A DNA stretch of 64,000 nt from a virus. The notes below the pieces were generated by a model. The model did no database searches. It was not told the DNA's origin and worked only from the letters and a program-made list of their open reading frames with translations. A program made the translations under genes and the position numbers. The stretch lies in IMG/VR virus record IMGVR_UViG_3300037423_000584; one strand, given 5' to 3'. Positions 10,853 through 20,049 of this stretch are shown piece by piece; the first letter of the stretch is position 1, and each line of letters begins with the position of its first letter.

Positions 10853-11932
10853 TTATATATTCGTATTAAGTTCTATATCGTTGCTTACCATTTCTTTAAT
10901 CATTTGATCAAAAGGAATAGTAATTTTCCATCCAAGATTTGTTTCGGCTTTTGCAGCATTTCCACAAAGTAGATCAACTTCTGCTGGTCTGTATAATTTT
11001 TGGTCTGTCTCAACAAACGGCTTCCAGTCTGTAATTCCAATAACTGAAAATGCAGCGTCTAGAAGTTCTTTAATTGTTCTAGTAGTACCAGAAGCGAATA
11101 CATAATCATCAGGAGTATCTTGTTGAAGCATAAGATACATACCATAAACAGTATCTCTAGCATCCATCCAGTCACGACGAGCTTTTAGATTTCCAAGCTT
11201 AAGTGGAGTAATTGCCTTATTCTTTAATGCTAATTCAAATACAGTTTGTACTGGAATAACAGAATCTGGTGCAATTTCATCATAAACTTCTGGTGCAAAG
11301 AAAGCATTCTCGGCTTGATTGAAAGATCGTCCAATCCAATCTGTTACCTTACGTGTAACGAATTGTTTTCCTCGACGTGGACTTTCGTGATTAAAACTTC
11401 TAGAGAAACAAGCAAACAAGCCATAAGATTCTTTATAGACTTTTACAAGAGATTCGGCTCCAAACTTTGCTGCTCCATATGGACTTCTAGGACGTGGTAT
11501 GGTATCTTCGTCTTGCTTATCAACAATTACATCGCCATAAACTTCGGAAGTAGAAGCCTGTAGAAACTTTGTTCGTGGAGAAATAAGACGAATAGCTTCC
11601 AGACAATTGCAAACACCGGTAAAATTAACATCACAAGTAGCTATAGATTGATCCCAAGAAGCAGCAACGAAGCTCTGAGCAGCTAAATTATAGAATTCAT
11701 TGGGCTTATATTGCTTAAGAACTCTAGCAATGCTGCCAAAATCTGTTACGTCACCTTGCTCTAGAATATAATTAGGATTATCAAATAGATGTTTAATATT
11801 ACTATAATCTGGTGAACTTGAACGTCTTTCCATTGCTACTACCTTATATCCTTTAGATAAAAGTAGTTCCGCAAGGTATGAAGCATCTTGACCACGGGCA
11901 CCAGTGAGAACTGCGATTTTATGACTATCCAT
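10853..11932 (-). CDS. gmd: GDP-mannose 4,6-dehydratase
   Basis: TGARGQDASYLAELLL, YNLAAQSFV, QASTSEVYG, PRSPYGAAK, FNHESPRRG, RPAEVDLL. Confidence 0.95.
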   Translation of the reverse strand: MDSHKIAVLTGARGQDASYLAELLLSKGYKVVAMERRSSSPDYSNIKHLFDNPNYILEQGDVTDFGSIARVLKQYKPNEFYNLAAQSFVAASWDQSIATCDVNFTGVCNCLEAIRLISPRTKFLQASTSEVYGDVIVDKQDEDTIPRPRSPYGAAKFGAESLVKVYKESYGLFACFSRSFNHESPRRGKQFVTRKVTDWIGRSFNQAENAFFAPEVYDEIAPDSVIPVQTVFELALKNKAITPLKLGNLKARRDWMDARDTVYGMYLMLQQDTPDDYVFASGTTRTIKELLDAAFSVIGITDWKPFVETDQKLYRPAEVDLLCGNAAKAETNLGWKITIPFDQMIKEMVSNDIELNTNI

Positions 11933-12314
11933 TTTGATTTCCTTTTATTCTTTTGATTTCCTCTATAGGATTGCTTGTAGATACTAAATATCCTCTAATA
12001 ATCGTTTCTAATGCTTCTTGATTAATAGATCTATAATTATTTACTATAATATGTCTTGCTCTAAAACTCCGTATTTTTGATCCATCCATATCTACTGGAA
12101 AAAAGTAAATTTGCATTTTATCTATCTTGCAATTATCTTCCTGATATTCCCCTTTTATCGATTCATATTTTTCTTCTAAGTTTTTTAATATTTCTTTTGA
12201 CTGTCTATATGATGGAGATATAACAACAGTTTTCTCAGTTGGTTTGTTATTGGCAAGATATAGTATTATATCTTCAACAACATCTTTCTCTTTGTCTTCG
12301 ATATACAATATCAT
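11925..12314 (-). CDS. Truncated paralog of the terminase ATPase domain
   Basis: Three blocks align by eye to TerL in this window (see findings). Confidence 0.6.
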   Translation of the reverse strand: MILYIEDKEKDVVEDIILYLANNKPTEKTVVISPSYRQSKEILKNLEEKYESIKGEYQEDNCKIDKMQIYFFPVDMDGSKIRSFRARHIIVNNYRSINQEALETIIRGYLVSTSNPIEEIKRIKGNQNG

Positions 12315-12315
12315 T

Positions 12316-12591
12316 TTAATCTCTAAAAAATAAATCTAATTCTTTCTCTGATCCAACTATTGCTACCTTAGTATTATCGTCTTCAAGAACAATTGTATAT
12401 AAATAAAAATCTTCACAAGTTTTAGATATATCAATAGATACGTTTATCATCTTCTTTAAGAATTCTTGAATTGGACAATCTATGAACTGTATCTCAACAG
12501 TTTTAAGACTGTCCATTTCTTGGAAATAAATTCCTCGTTCAAAATTGTCTTGAGAGACAAAAAAGGTTTTAATTCCCTTGACCATTGGCAT
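12316..12591 (-). CDS. Hypothetical protein
   Basis: 91 aa ORF translationally coupled within the operon. Confidence 0.5.
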   Translation of the reverse strand: MPMVKGIKTFFVSQDNFERGIYFQEMDSLKTVEIQFIDCPIQEFLKKMINVSIDISKTCEDFYLYTIVLEDDNTKVAIVGSEKELDLFFRD

Positions 12592-13186
12592 ATTCCTTCT
12601 TTAGAATTTCGATAGCCTCTTCGAATCCTTTGCCCTCGTGGATTAATTGGTGAATCTTCGTGTGTACTTCTTTACAAATAGGAAGACCGTTGTTTGGATC
12701 GAATGCAAGTTCTGGACTTATATTCTCAGCTTTAGGAATAATATGATGTACTTCGATGTTATCTGTTCTTCCAGAAATGGCACATTTATTACCATACTTT
12801 TCCAATACTGCTTTTCTGAAATCATCATAAGCAGATTGATTCTTTGCCCATGCTGAGAAGGTGCTGCTTGCTCTGCCATCTTTCCAAGCAGGATGGCTTG
12901 GTCCTTTTTGATAAGCATGTTTGCACAATTCATCACAGAATTGGTTCTTGCTGTAAATTACTTTGCTATTTGGTCTACGGAAAAATGCTCCGCAGTTACC
13001 ACACATACAAAGAGTGCCAACAATTTCCTTCCCATTGCGTGGAAACTGGTGTCCGATTTGTTTGGCAAGTTTACGAATGAAAGGACGGCTTAGACCAGTC
13101 TTCTTTTCAATTTCTCTCTGGCCTTCGCCGGACAAAATAAGATCTACTGCGTAAGCTTTTTCTGATTCAGGAACTATTCTAGGCAT
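12569..13186 (-). CDS. HNH endonuclease with N-terminal HTH and Zn-finger
   Basis: HTH-like start, C..C...FC...C, then CAIS..EVHHI...NGLPIC..VH. Confidence 0.85.
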   Translation of the reverse strand: MPRIVPESEKAYAVDLILSGEGQREIEKKTGLSRPFIRKLAKQIGHQFPRNGKEIVGTLCMCGNCGAFFRRPNSKVIYSKNQFCDELCKHAYQKGPSHPAWKDGRASSTFSAWAKNQSAYDDFRKAVLEKYGNKCAISGRTDNIEVHHIIPKAENISPELAFDPNNGLPICKEVHTKIHQLIHEGKGFEEAIEILKKEYANGQGN

Positions 13187-14492
13187 TGTTTTCTCCGGTA
13201 ATTATTTTTACTATTTCTTCAAATGGTACTGTTTCTATTTCTCTTTCGCCAGCCAACATTGTGCTCATCTTCTTAGATCCATCTTTGTTCATTGAGTGAA
13301 TCAGGATCTTGGATTCTTTACATAAATTTTTGTTAAGTATATGATCTACAAATTCGCTTCCCTTCTGATTCATTCCTAAATCATAATCTAGGCAAATTAG
13401 GTCATATTTAGTTTCTTTGATTTTTTCTATCGCTTTTGATGGATTTGATGCAAAATCTAGCTTATTTTGATTAAAAACTTCCAAAAAGAACTGATGTCTA
13501 CGTAATTCATCATCAATAATCAGAATTTTTTTATCCTTTTCATTCTTAAATTCATTAACGAATTTACACTGAAAATTATTCATTATCACGATTTCTTTTT
13601 CAGGTATATAAGAATGTTCGTCCATTAGTATTGAGTCTTTTGTTCCATCAGGAAAAACATTGGGTTTTCGCCATTCTGATTTCTTCTTTTCTTTAGCAAG
13701 CCTTACAAGCTCCATATGCTTGCCGTATTCTTCTCTTGTTTGTCTATCTCTAAAAGCTTCTATCAAACCAACGAAGGTTGTATTACTTTTCTTGATTTGA
13801 TCTATTCTGTCTTTTCTTCGGGCATTGAGTTGATCCAAAAGTCTGTTTCTTGAATCAACGTTTTTCTGATAATCGTTCGTCATAATCTGAGCCTGAGCGT
13901 GCATACTTCTAACAAGATTCATAAGTTGGGCATCACGCTCTTGTGCATCTTCATCGTTGTCAATATCTGTTGCTTTTCTAAGAACATCAACTTCTTCTAT
14001 GGTCTTCTCAATTTCATCTTCGGCAACTCTAATGTTTCTAAGAATGCGGTTGCCCATGATTTCTGCTTTAATCAATTCATCAATCTGGCGTTTCTCTGTT
14101 GCAAGAATATCTTCGAATTGAATTGAAAGTGCTGCAAATTCTTCAAGATAGAATTTAATTTCACTTTCTGTAAACTGTTCTTTTAGATTGTCATAATATA
14201 GGCTGTTAACAAGCTGAGTCTTAAAGAACTCTTTTCTCTGTGCTTCTGTTAGATGCTGACCAATTCTTTTAGACGACACGGATGGTTCTGCTTTACTTGT
14301 CTTTTCTTTTCTGACTATATCTGTTTTAATAGACCCCTTAGAACCTTTAGCTATACCAAGTTTTCGACGAGCATATTTAATTGTACGAATATCTCTCTTA
14401 AGTTCTTTAGCAATTTGCTCATCGGTCTTATCGAGACAATTGCTTCTGATATATTCTAATTCTTGAGGTTTTAAATATGGATTCTTAGGCAT
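13179..14492 (-). CDS. HTH / coiled-coil protein with C-terminal receiver-like domain
   Basis: N-terminal HTH (TDEQIAKELKR); C-terminal ILIIDD..YDLICLDYDLG..ILIHSMN receiver-type motifs. Confidence 0.65.
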   Translation of the reverse strand: MPKNPYLKPQELEYIRSNCLDKTDEQIAKELKRDIRTIKYARRKLGIAKGSKGSIKTDIVRKEKTSKAEPSVSSKRIGQHLTEAQRKEFFKTQLVNSLYYDNLKEQFTESEIKFYLEEFAALSIQFEDILATEKRQIDELIKAEIMGNRILRNIRVAEDEIEKTIEEVDVLRKATDIDNDEDAQERDAQLMNLVRSMHAQAQIMTNDYQKNVDSRNRLLDQLNARRKDRIDQIKKSNTTFVGLIEAFRDRQTREEYGKHMELVRLAKEKKKSEWRKPNVFPDGTKDSILMDEHSYIPEKEIVIMNNFQCKFVNEFKNEKDKKILIIDDELRRHQFFLEVFNQNKLDFASNPSKAIEKIKETKYDLICLDYDLGMNQKGSEFVDHILNKNLCKESKILIHSMNKDGSKKMSTMLAGEREIETVPFEEIVKIITGENNA

Positions 14493-14493
14493 A

Positions 14494-15078
14494 TTATATC
14501 AATTTAATTTTCTTAGTTATTTCTTTCTTGAGCTTCTTTAGCTTCTGCTTAGAAAGTTTGCCACCAGAAACAAGCAAGTTAAAATCATGCAGATATTGTC
14601 TATCAATAACTTTCTCTAATTTGATTTTCATTTCGTCTGTAATCATCTTATTAATAGTATTATCTGAACTTACTCGCTCTATTTTTTCTTCTGTGGCATT
14701 TAATAGACTGTTACGACTTTCAAGAGACAGTTGATAATTTCGCCATTTATCACACTTGTCTTTCTCTGTTCCAAATCGGGCACAATCTACTTTTGAACCA
14801 GAATCAAAATATGGACATCTATGGCATGGAGACTTAACTGTCTTGGTAATATCTTTAAAACGATTAATAAGTCTATTTTTAACAGTGACACGCAAAAAAT
14901 GTTCCAAATTTCCTCTGTCTTCATTAAAATCTGGAAGTTTCTCCAAACAAATGATCCAAATTTCATTTTTTAGATCATTTTCGTCAAGATATCCAAACTT
15001 TTTTCCACAATGTTCATTGCTGATTTTATCGATTATATTAAATACATATTCATCCATCTTCTGATTCTTTCTTTTCAT
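14494..15078 (-). CDS. Sigma-70-like RNA polymerase sigma factor (region 2)
   Basis: DL..EIWI..LE.L..F...RGNLEHFL...VKNRLIN resembles sigma region 2; sits at the head of the late cluster. Confidence 0.65.
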   Translation of the reverse strand: MKRKNQKMDEYVFNIIDKISNEHCGKKFGYLDENDLKNEIWIICLEKLPDFNEDRGNLEHFLRVTVKNRLINRFKDITKTVKSPCHRCPYFDSGSKVDCARFGTEKDKCDKWRNYQLSLESRNSLLNATEEKIERVSSDNTINKMITDEMKIKLEKVIDRQYLHDFNLLVSGGKLSKQKLKKLKKEITKKIKLI

Positions 15079-15555
15079 TAGCTTTAATAATCTCTTCGCT
15101 GTCTACTGGATCTTGTTCCAGTAATTCAGCAACAACCTTTTCTTCAAGTTCTTTTGTTTCTTTTGCAACACCTTTAATTTTTTCTAACATATATTCTCCA
15201 TTATAGTTATCGTTTTATAATATATTTATTTAAATAAATATTATATATTATTATACAGAACGGATAACAAATATAGGTAAATAAAAATGGGAACCTATAA
15301 AAGTTCCCATATCTTAGTTCTTTCGAAATGTATTAAACGTTTTTACCTAACTAGCTTTTTTCTCCATTATGCTGAACTGGTTGGTCATTAAGCTATTTGT
15401 TATGGGCTAACTGGATTTGTAGGTTCACCAAGTCCTTTATACTCAATACTTATAGTAAAATCATCGCCAGATGCAGACCACTGTTGGTTTGTGGAATGCT
15501 CAATCCATACTACTGACCAATGAGTTGTCAGAGTGAAAAGTCTGGATATATAATT

Positions 15556-15783
15556 TCATCTGATGATTTTCCATTCGTCATACCAGCCTTCTGACAGATC
15601 TACATTTATCTTATTGAATTCGCAAATTTCCCGAACTTCTTCTCTTATCTCGTTCTTTTCTTCTTCTGTTGTACATTCGTCAAAAGTTGAACTTATCCAA
15701 ACCTGTTTTCCATTTTTAGATAAAAGAACATATCCATAGAACCCATAGTCGTCACCGAACATTTTACATTCTAGAGTATACAT
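15556..15783 (-). CDS. Hypothetical protein
   Basis: 75 aa ORF overlapping the upstream gene. Confidence 0.5.
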   Translation of the reverse strand: MYTLECKMFGDDYGFYGYVLLSKNGKQVWISSTFDECTTEEEKNEIREEVREICEFNKINVDLSEGWYDEWKIIR

Positions 15784-16252
15784 CGTTTGGATTAATCCTT
15801 ATAATTTCGCGGCCTATCGATTTTGCATATTTAACAGCATTGCCAGTCCCGCCACTTGTTCCGTTCCACACAGCGGCCAACTTTTGACAATTATCTATCA
15901 TCCATATATTTCTATCTTGCATGCAAGAGTTCGTATAGGTTTTGTCAGAAACAAAGTGCGGGGTTACTATTCTATTTTCTAATATACTTTGATATAACTT
16001 CTGGGATTCATAGGGCCAACGAGATTCTTGGCCGACACATGGGATTGCTGCAATTACTGGAATTTGCAATTCTATCCCAAGGAGGGCAAAGATCATATCA
16101 ACACCCAAAGCCATTCCAGAAATTAGTTCATCTGGTTTTTCCTGTTCAATAACTTTTCTAAGTTCCTGCCGAATAAAATTAGAAAACGGTCCTTTTAAAG
16201 AATATTCATTGCCGAGTTTATTGGGTCTGTGTCCTGTTACTGATAATATCAT
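15764..16252 (-). CDS. YspA/DUF1273-like SLOG family protein
   Basis: SVTGHRP, ISGMALGVD, RN.WMID, WNG.SGGT.N motifs. Confidence 0.85.
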   Translation of the reverse strand: MILSVTGHRPNKLGNEYSLKGPFSNFIRQELRKVIEQEKPDELISGMALGVDMIFALLGIELQIPVIAAIPCVGQESRWPYESQKLYQSILENRIVTPHFVSDKTYTNSCMQDRNIWMIDNCQKLAAVWNGTSGGTGNAVKYAKSIGREIIRINPNDVYSRM

Positions 16253-16566
16253 AGTTTATCCGCCATTTCTGCTAAAATATCCCCATGGCACGCAAGTGGC
16301 TTGCAAAAACATCCCAGAGTCTTATCATGTAAAGTATGAATATTGTCCAGAATCCATTGCCGACGTTCTGGTTCTATTTCTTTATATGCGATTCCTTCTA
16401 GCCAATCTTTATATGCTTGAATCGCCAGTTTTCTGGTTGCGACCTTTATGGGAGCGAGGGTGCTATCCTTATGAGTTGCAATATTTCCAAAGTGATATTT
16501 TGAATCCTTTTTTCGTCCTATATAAACGTCGCATTTGTCTTTCTTTATATTAACTACTTTTGTCAT
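16249..16566 (-). CDS. DUF4326-like protein
   Basis: DVYIGR...FGN...LGCFCKP..CHGDIL. Confidence 0.85.
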   Translation of the reverse strand: MTKVVNIKKDKCDVYIGRKKDSKYHFGNIATHKDSTLAPIKVATRKLAIQAYKDWLEGIAYKEIEPERRQWILDNIHTLHDKTLGCFCKPLACHGDILAEMADKL

Positions 16567-16841
16567 TCTTCAACCTTCTCATAAGTCTTTTCAAAGATGT
16601 CAGGTTTGCATGGATACTTTTCTCCATTGACTCCTGTTATAATCCAATCTCTTTCGGTGACAATCATTTGGCCCTCAAGAGTATTTATAAAAGCACATAT
16701 GCTCTTCTGTCTCGGGGGTTCCCAAGATTTATCACTGAATTCAAGTAATATAGTGTTATCTTCTATGACACCTTCTATCTTCTTGCCCGGAAACCATTGT
16801 TCTGCTTCTATAACTACTGGTTTCTTTCTAAATTTGGCCAT
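16563..16841 (-). CDS. Conserved phage protein (KKPVVIEA...YPCKPDIFEKTY family)
   Basis: Recognisable motif set TLEG.M...DWII.GV.GE.YPCKPDIF. Confidence 0.75.
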   Translation of the reverse strand: MAKFRKKPVVIEAEQWFPGKKIEGVIEDNTILLEFSDKSWEPPRQKSICAFINTLEGQMIVTERDWIITGVNGEKYPCKPDIFEKTYEKVEE

Positions 16842-17029
16842 TGTAATTCCTTTGCGAATTTTACTTTGTTTATATCAAACCGATATAAACTCTGAGTGTA
16901 ATAAAGTTTATTATTCATAGACTCAACAGACAGAGGGCCGGATAGCTGCCAGCCTTGGGCCAAAAGTTCGTTGATTTCTTTCTCGATCTTTTCTACTTGG
17001 GTTGAGTGAACAATTTTGATTTCATACAT
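16814..17029 (-). CDS. DUF1737-like small protein
   Basis: IN.LL.QGWQL.G.......YTQ pattern. Confidence 0.6.
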   Translation of the reverse strand: MYEIKIVHSTQVEKIEKEINELLAQGWQLSGPLSVESMNNKLYYTQSLYRFDINKVKFAKELQWPNLERNQ

Positions 17030-17639
17030 AGATATTTTCCTTTCTCTATTAATTATCGTGTTTGTGTCTTTCTATGTTCTGAAAATATCGAGTTTGAATA
17101 CATGGGTCCGAATGATGGGCAACTTTCATACAGCAACGGTTGCCAGAAATAAAATCAGAGGGTGATAAAGAAAATAAGCATTGTTGTTTCTTTATAAAAA
17201 TGGGGGGTTAGAAGAATAAAAGAATATGAACGAAGGATGGGCATCTTCTTTTGGAAGATGCTGAGTGCTAGGGTTAGGGCCGCCCGCGGGGGGCCGCCGC
17301 AAATATCGACTAGTGTATATTTATAAAAACCTGGGGGCGTTAGGGCTTTGTGCGGTACGACAACCGCCTGCTGGCACGGCTTTTGCCTACGACATCCTGG
17401 CCGGAAATTTGTCAAATGTCGTACACTACTACGACAATGCGGCCGGTAGCAAAGACTGTGCCGGACACCTGCCTAACAACCCCTGAAACTGTAACCCTTG
17501 GCGTGACAACGAGTTACGAAAAAAATGGACCGTTGAGGAATTTGGAACGGCATCGGCACGGCCGTTGCTCTATGTCTCCCGTCCCCACAAGGGACCGACC
17601 CCCGCAACGGGGGGCGTGACAAGTGACAACTAGGCTCTT

Positions 17640-18495
17640 GACTTGCACGCGGGGAGTCTCTACAATCTCCCCGTTAGCCAGTACCGAAACCGAAGCGTCT
17701 GCCATTAGGTAGGTGTCAGGGAGTAGGGAAAGCGGATTATGGAAACTCAGTGTGAGTTTCCCCGCTAAGGGTCTAGACTGGTGACGAACGAAAGGATTGC
17801 CCGACACCTAGTAACAAAAACCTAACGGCCGGTATTAGGAATCTGAGATGGGGACAACCCCTGTTGACTGGTTCTAAGGTACGGGTTGGAGTGAAAATCT
17901 CCCGTTGGCTAACCCAACGCAAGTGAATAGTCGATACCTTAGCTAGATAGGCTTGCCCTATTTGCGTCCCGCAAGGGGTGTGGATTCGGACCCGATGCTA
18001 GCGAACGTAATCGGCCACGGGTTTTTGCGATGGCCCGGAAAATCGCACTAGGTACGTCGTGACGACGTGTATGGGTTTACCCCAGCCTACGGTACATAGA
18101 TGGATGGACCGCTGTACTCTGATATAGGGTAGCTGGGTTTAACGCTCCCATTAAGGTAGGTAGTGTTGCTTAACCAGTCTTATCATATATCGGAATATTG
18201 GCAGATGATGCCCGGCCTAGGCTATAAGCCTCAGAGAAAGCCGTTAAACTTGGGATTCGCGTTCCCCTCAGTCCCGCTTGTGTGAAGCGATACACTGATA
18301 AAACGCTATAGCGTCCGAAAAGATTCGCTTGTGTGACTAATGCCTTACCAGCGTTCACAAGGAATTGAAGTAGGACCACGATTGGAGTCAGCAACTAATC
18401 CGGAAGCTATTTGGATGGCCACTGGATAGCAGGATGTAAATTAAAGAGCGATTGAACGCTTCTATTCAGAGTATAGCCGTCCGTCCATCTGTGGT
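17640..18495 (+). ncRNA. Candidate large structured ncRNA A
   Basis: GC-rich, no credible ORF, many hairpins; ~28 bp long-range helix 18098-18127 with 18462-18490 containing G-U pairs. Confidence 0.55.
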
Positions 18496-18545
18496 AAGTA
18501 AACTAGGTGAGTGGTCCGGCCTACCCTCAGAAAAGGTAGGTAGGT

Positions 18546-18812
18546 ATGCAACGGAACACTACGGTTCAAGAGGAACAGGAACGGCGAGAAGTGCAACGCT
18601 TTGGGAAAGCTTGCCACGAAGCGTTAGACGCTTGCCTTCGTAATGTCGAAAGTGCAAGGGTGACGTTTACTGGTCAAGGCGTGGAAGTGGGTGCAATCTC
18701 TCTCCGCATCGTTAAGACGTATGATGGCGAAAACCGGCCGGTTAGGTTGGTATCGGCATCTGCTACGCTCAAATTGCGTCTAAATGCATCGGCAGCTATC
18801 GAAAACAAGTAG
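18546..18812 (+). CDS. Hypothetical early protein
   Basis: ATG preceded by AAAAGGTAGGTAGGT. Confidence 0.6.
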   Translation: MQRNTTVQEEQERREVQRFGKACHEALDACLRNVESARVTFTGQGVEVGAISLRIVKTYDGENRPVRLVSASATLKLRLNASAAIENK

Positions 18813-18901
18813 TCGGATCGGCTTCGTGCAGAGGGTACGCCGCACCATTCATCTAGGTTACTAGGATATTGCGAGTCTCCCATAGTCCCCTTACAAGGTA
18901 G

Positions 18902-19138
18902 GTGATTATGGTTCAACATCTAATCAAAGTCGCCAAAGGTACGATTAATAATCCCGAAATCGTTCGGGTCTATACAATCACTAATGGGATTGTGTCGTAT
19001 CACATGGATTTTGTGGATTGGTTATCGGCTACAGAAATGTATCCCGATGGTTCATTTATCGATATGTTCGATGTTGGGATGCATCGTATCGGTGAAACGT
19101 TGGGGTTTTTCCCCGAAATATCAGCACTGGTCAATTAG
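18902..19138 (+). CDS. Hypothetical early protein
   Basis: AAGGTAGGT leader; likely start is the ATG at 18908. Confidence 0.6.
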   Translation: MIMVQHLIKVAKGTINNPEIVRVYTITNGIVSYHMDFVDWLSATEMYPDGSFIDMFDVGMHRIGETLGFFPEISALVN

Positions 19139-19251
19139 CGAACCCATAAGGGTTCTATGGGGGATTCTCAATATCTGAAAACATATCTACGGTATCGGTC
19201 AAGGTTTCACTTTTGAGCAATCCGAAAGGATTGCGGAAGGATGGTATTACC

Positions 19252-19719
19252 ATGACTCAGATCGATACTCCCGTCGAATCCTCTGCCGATGCCACTGAAG
19301 GCCAGCGGCAGGGTGCCGCTCCGGCCGCCCCGAACGCGGATGCGGAGCATTCGACCCGCGTCAAGAAGGTGATGGCCGACGTTCTCAAGCCCGGTTTCGG
19401 GAATGAGAACAAGGATGCCGCATTCACCCGCAAGATCGTGCAGTTGACGTTCCAGCGGGAACTCGGGAACGTGGACATCGCCGACAAGTCGGCCGATTCT
19501 GTGTACGCCGAAGCGTGCAAGCGGATCGCCGACAACGCCGAAGTCGAAGGCCAAGCGTTGAAGGAGCGATATATCGCGTCCGTCACCGCCGTCGCCTTGG
19601 GTGCTACGCGGGCCGTTACCCTTAAGGGTAACGTCACCGCGATGGAAGCGAGCAAGGCATACGTCAATTTCAAGCCGTCGGCCAAGCTCAACAACCAGAC
19701 GTTCTTCAACGCTCTGTAA
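19252..19719 (+). CDS. Hypothetical protein with GC-rich codon usage
   Basis: MTQIDTP... start after AAGGATGG; strong GC3 bias unlike the rest of the genome. Confidence 0.7.
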   Translation: MTQIDTPVESSADATEGQRQGAAPAAPNADAEHSTRVKKVMADVLKPGFGNENKDAAFTRKIVQLTFQRELGNVDIADKSADSVYAEACKRIADNAEVEGQALKERYIASVTAVALGATRAVTLKGNVTAMEASKAYVNFKPSAKLNNQTFFNAL

Positions 19720-20049
19720 CAAGATCCAACACTCTAACTGTCTCTAGTTTCCGGTATCGTAGATATGTAGTAGCTTAGATAGAACAAGAGGCGACCGGGC
19801 ACCGTGCCCGGCCGCTCTTGTTTGGGAGATAACTACGACATTATGTCGTACCTAACAAATGTTAGGAACGACGGGGAGTCGTACGACATTCTGACACCGA
19901 ACAGGTGTTAGGGTGTCTTTGTGTCGCACCTAACGCTTGGCTAACCAGGCAAGGTGTCGTACCGAACAAAAGCCAGCCGAACAAAAACCTAACAGCAGAC
20001 TCGGATGCCGACAGGCGGAGAGTCTGCGAGCGGCTGCGGCGAAGTACGG

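Noticed and set aside
1007-16920. Plus-strand ORFs opposite the structural and packaging genes
   Set aside because: Antisense shadows of strongly supported minus-strand genes, without RBS or motifs.
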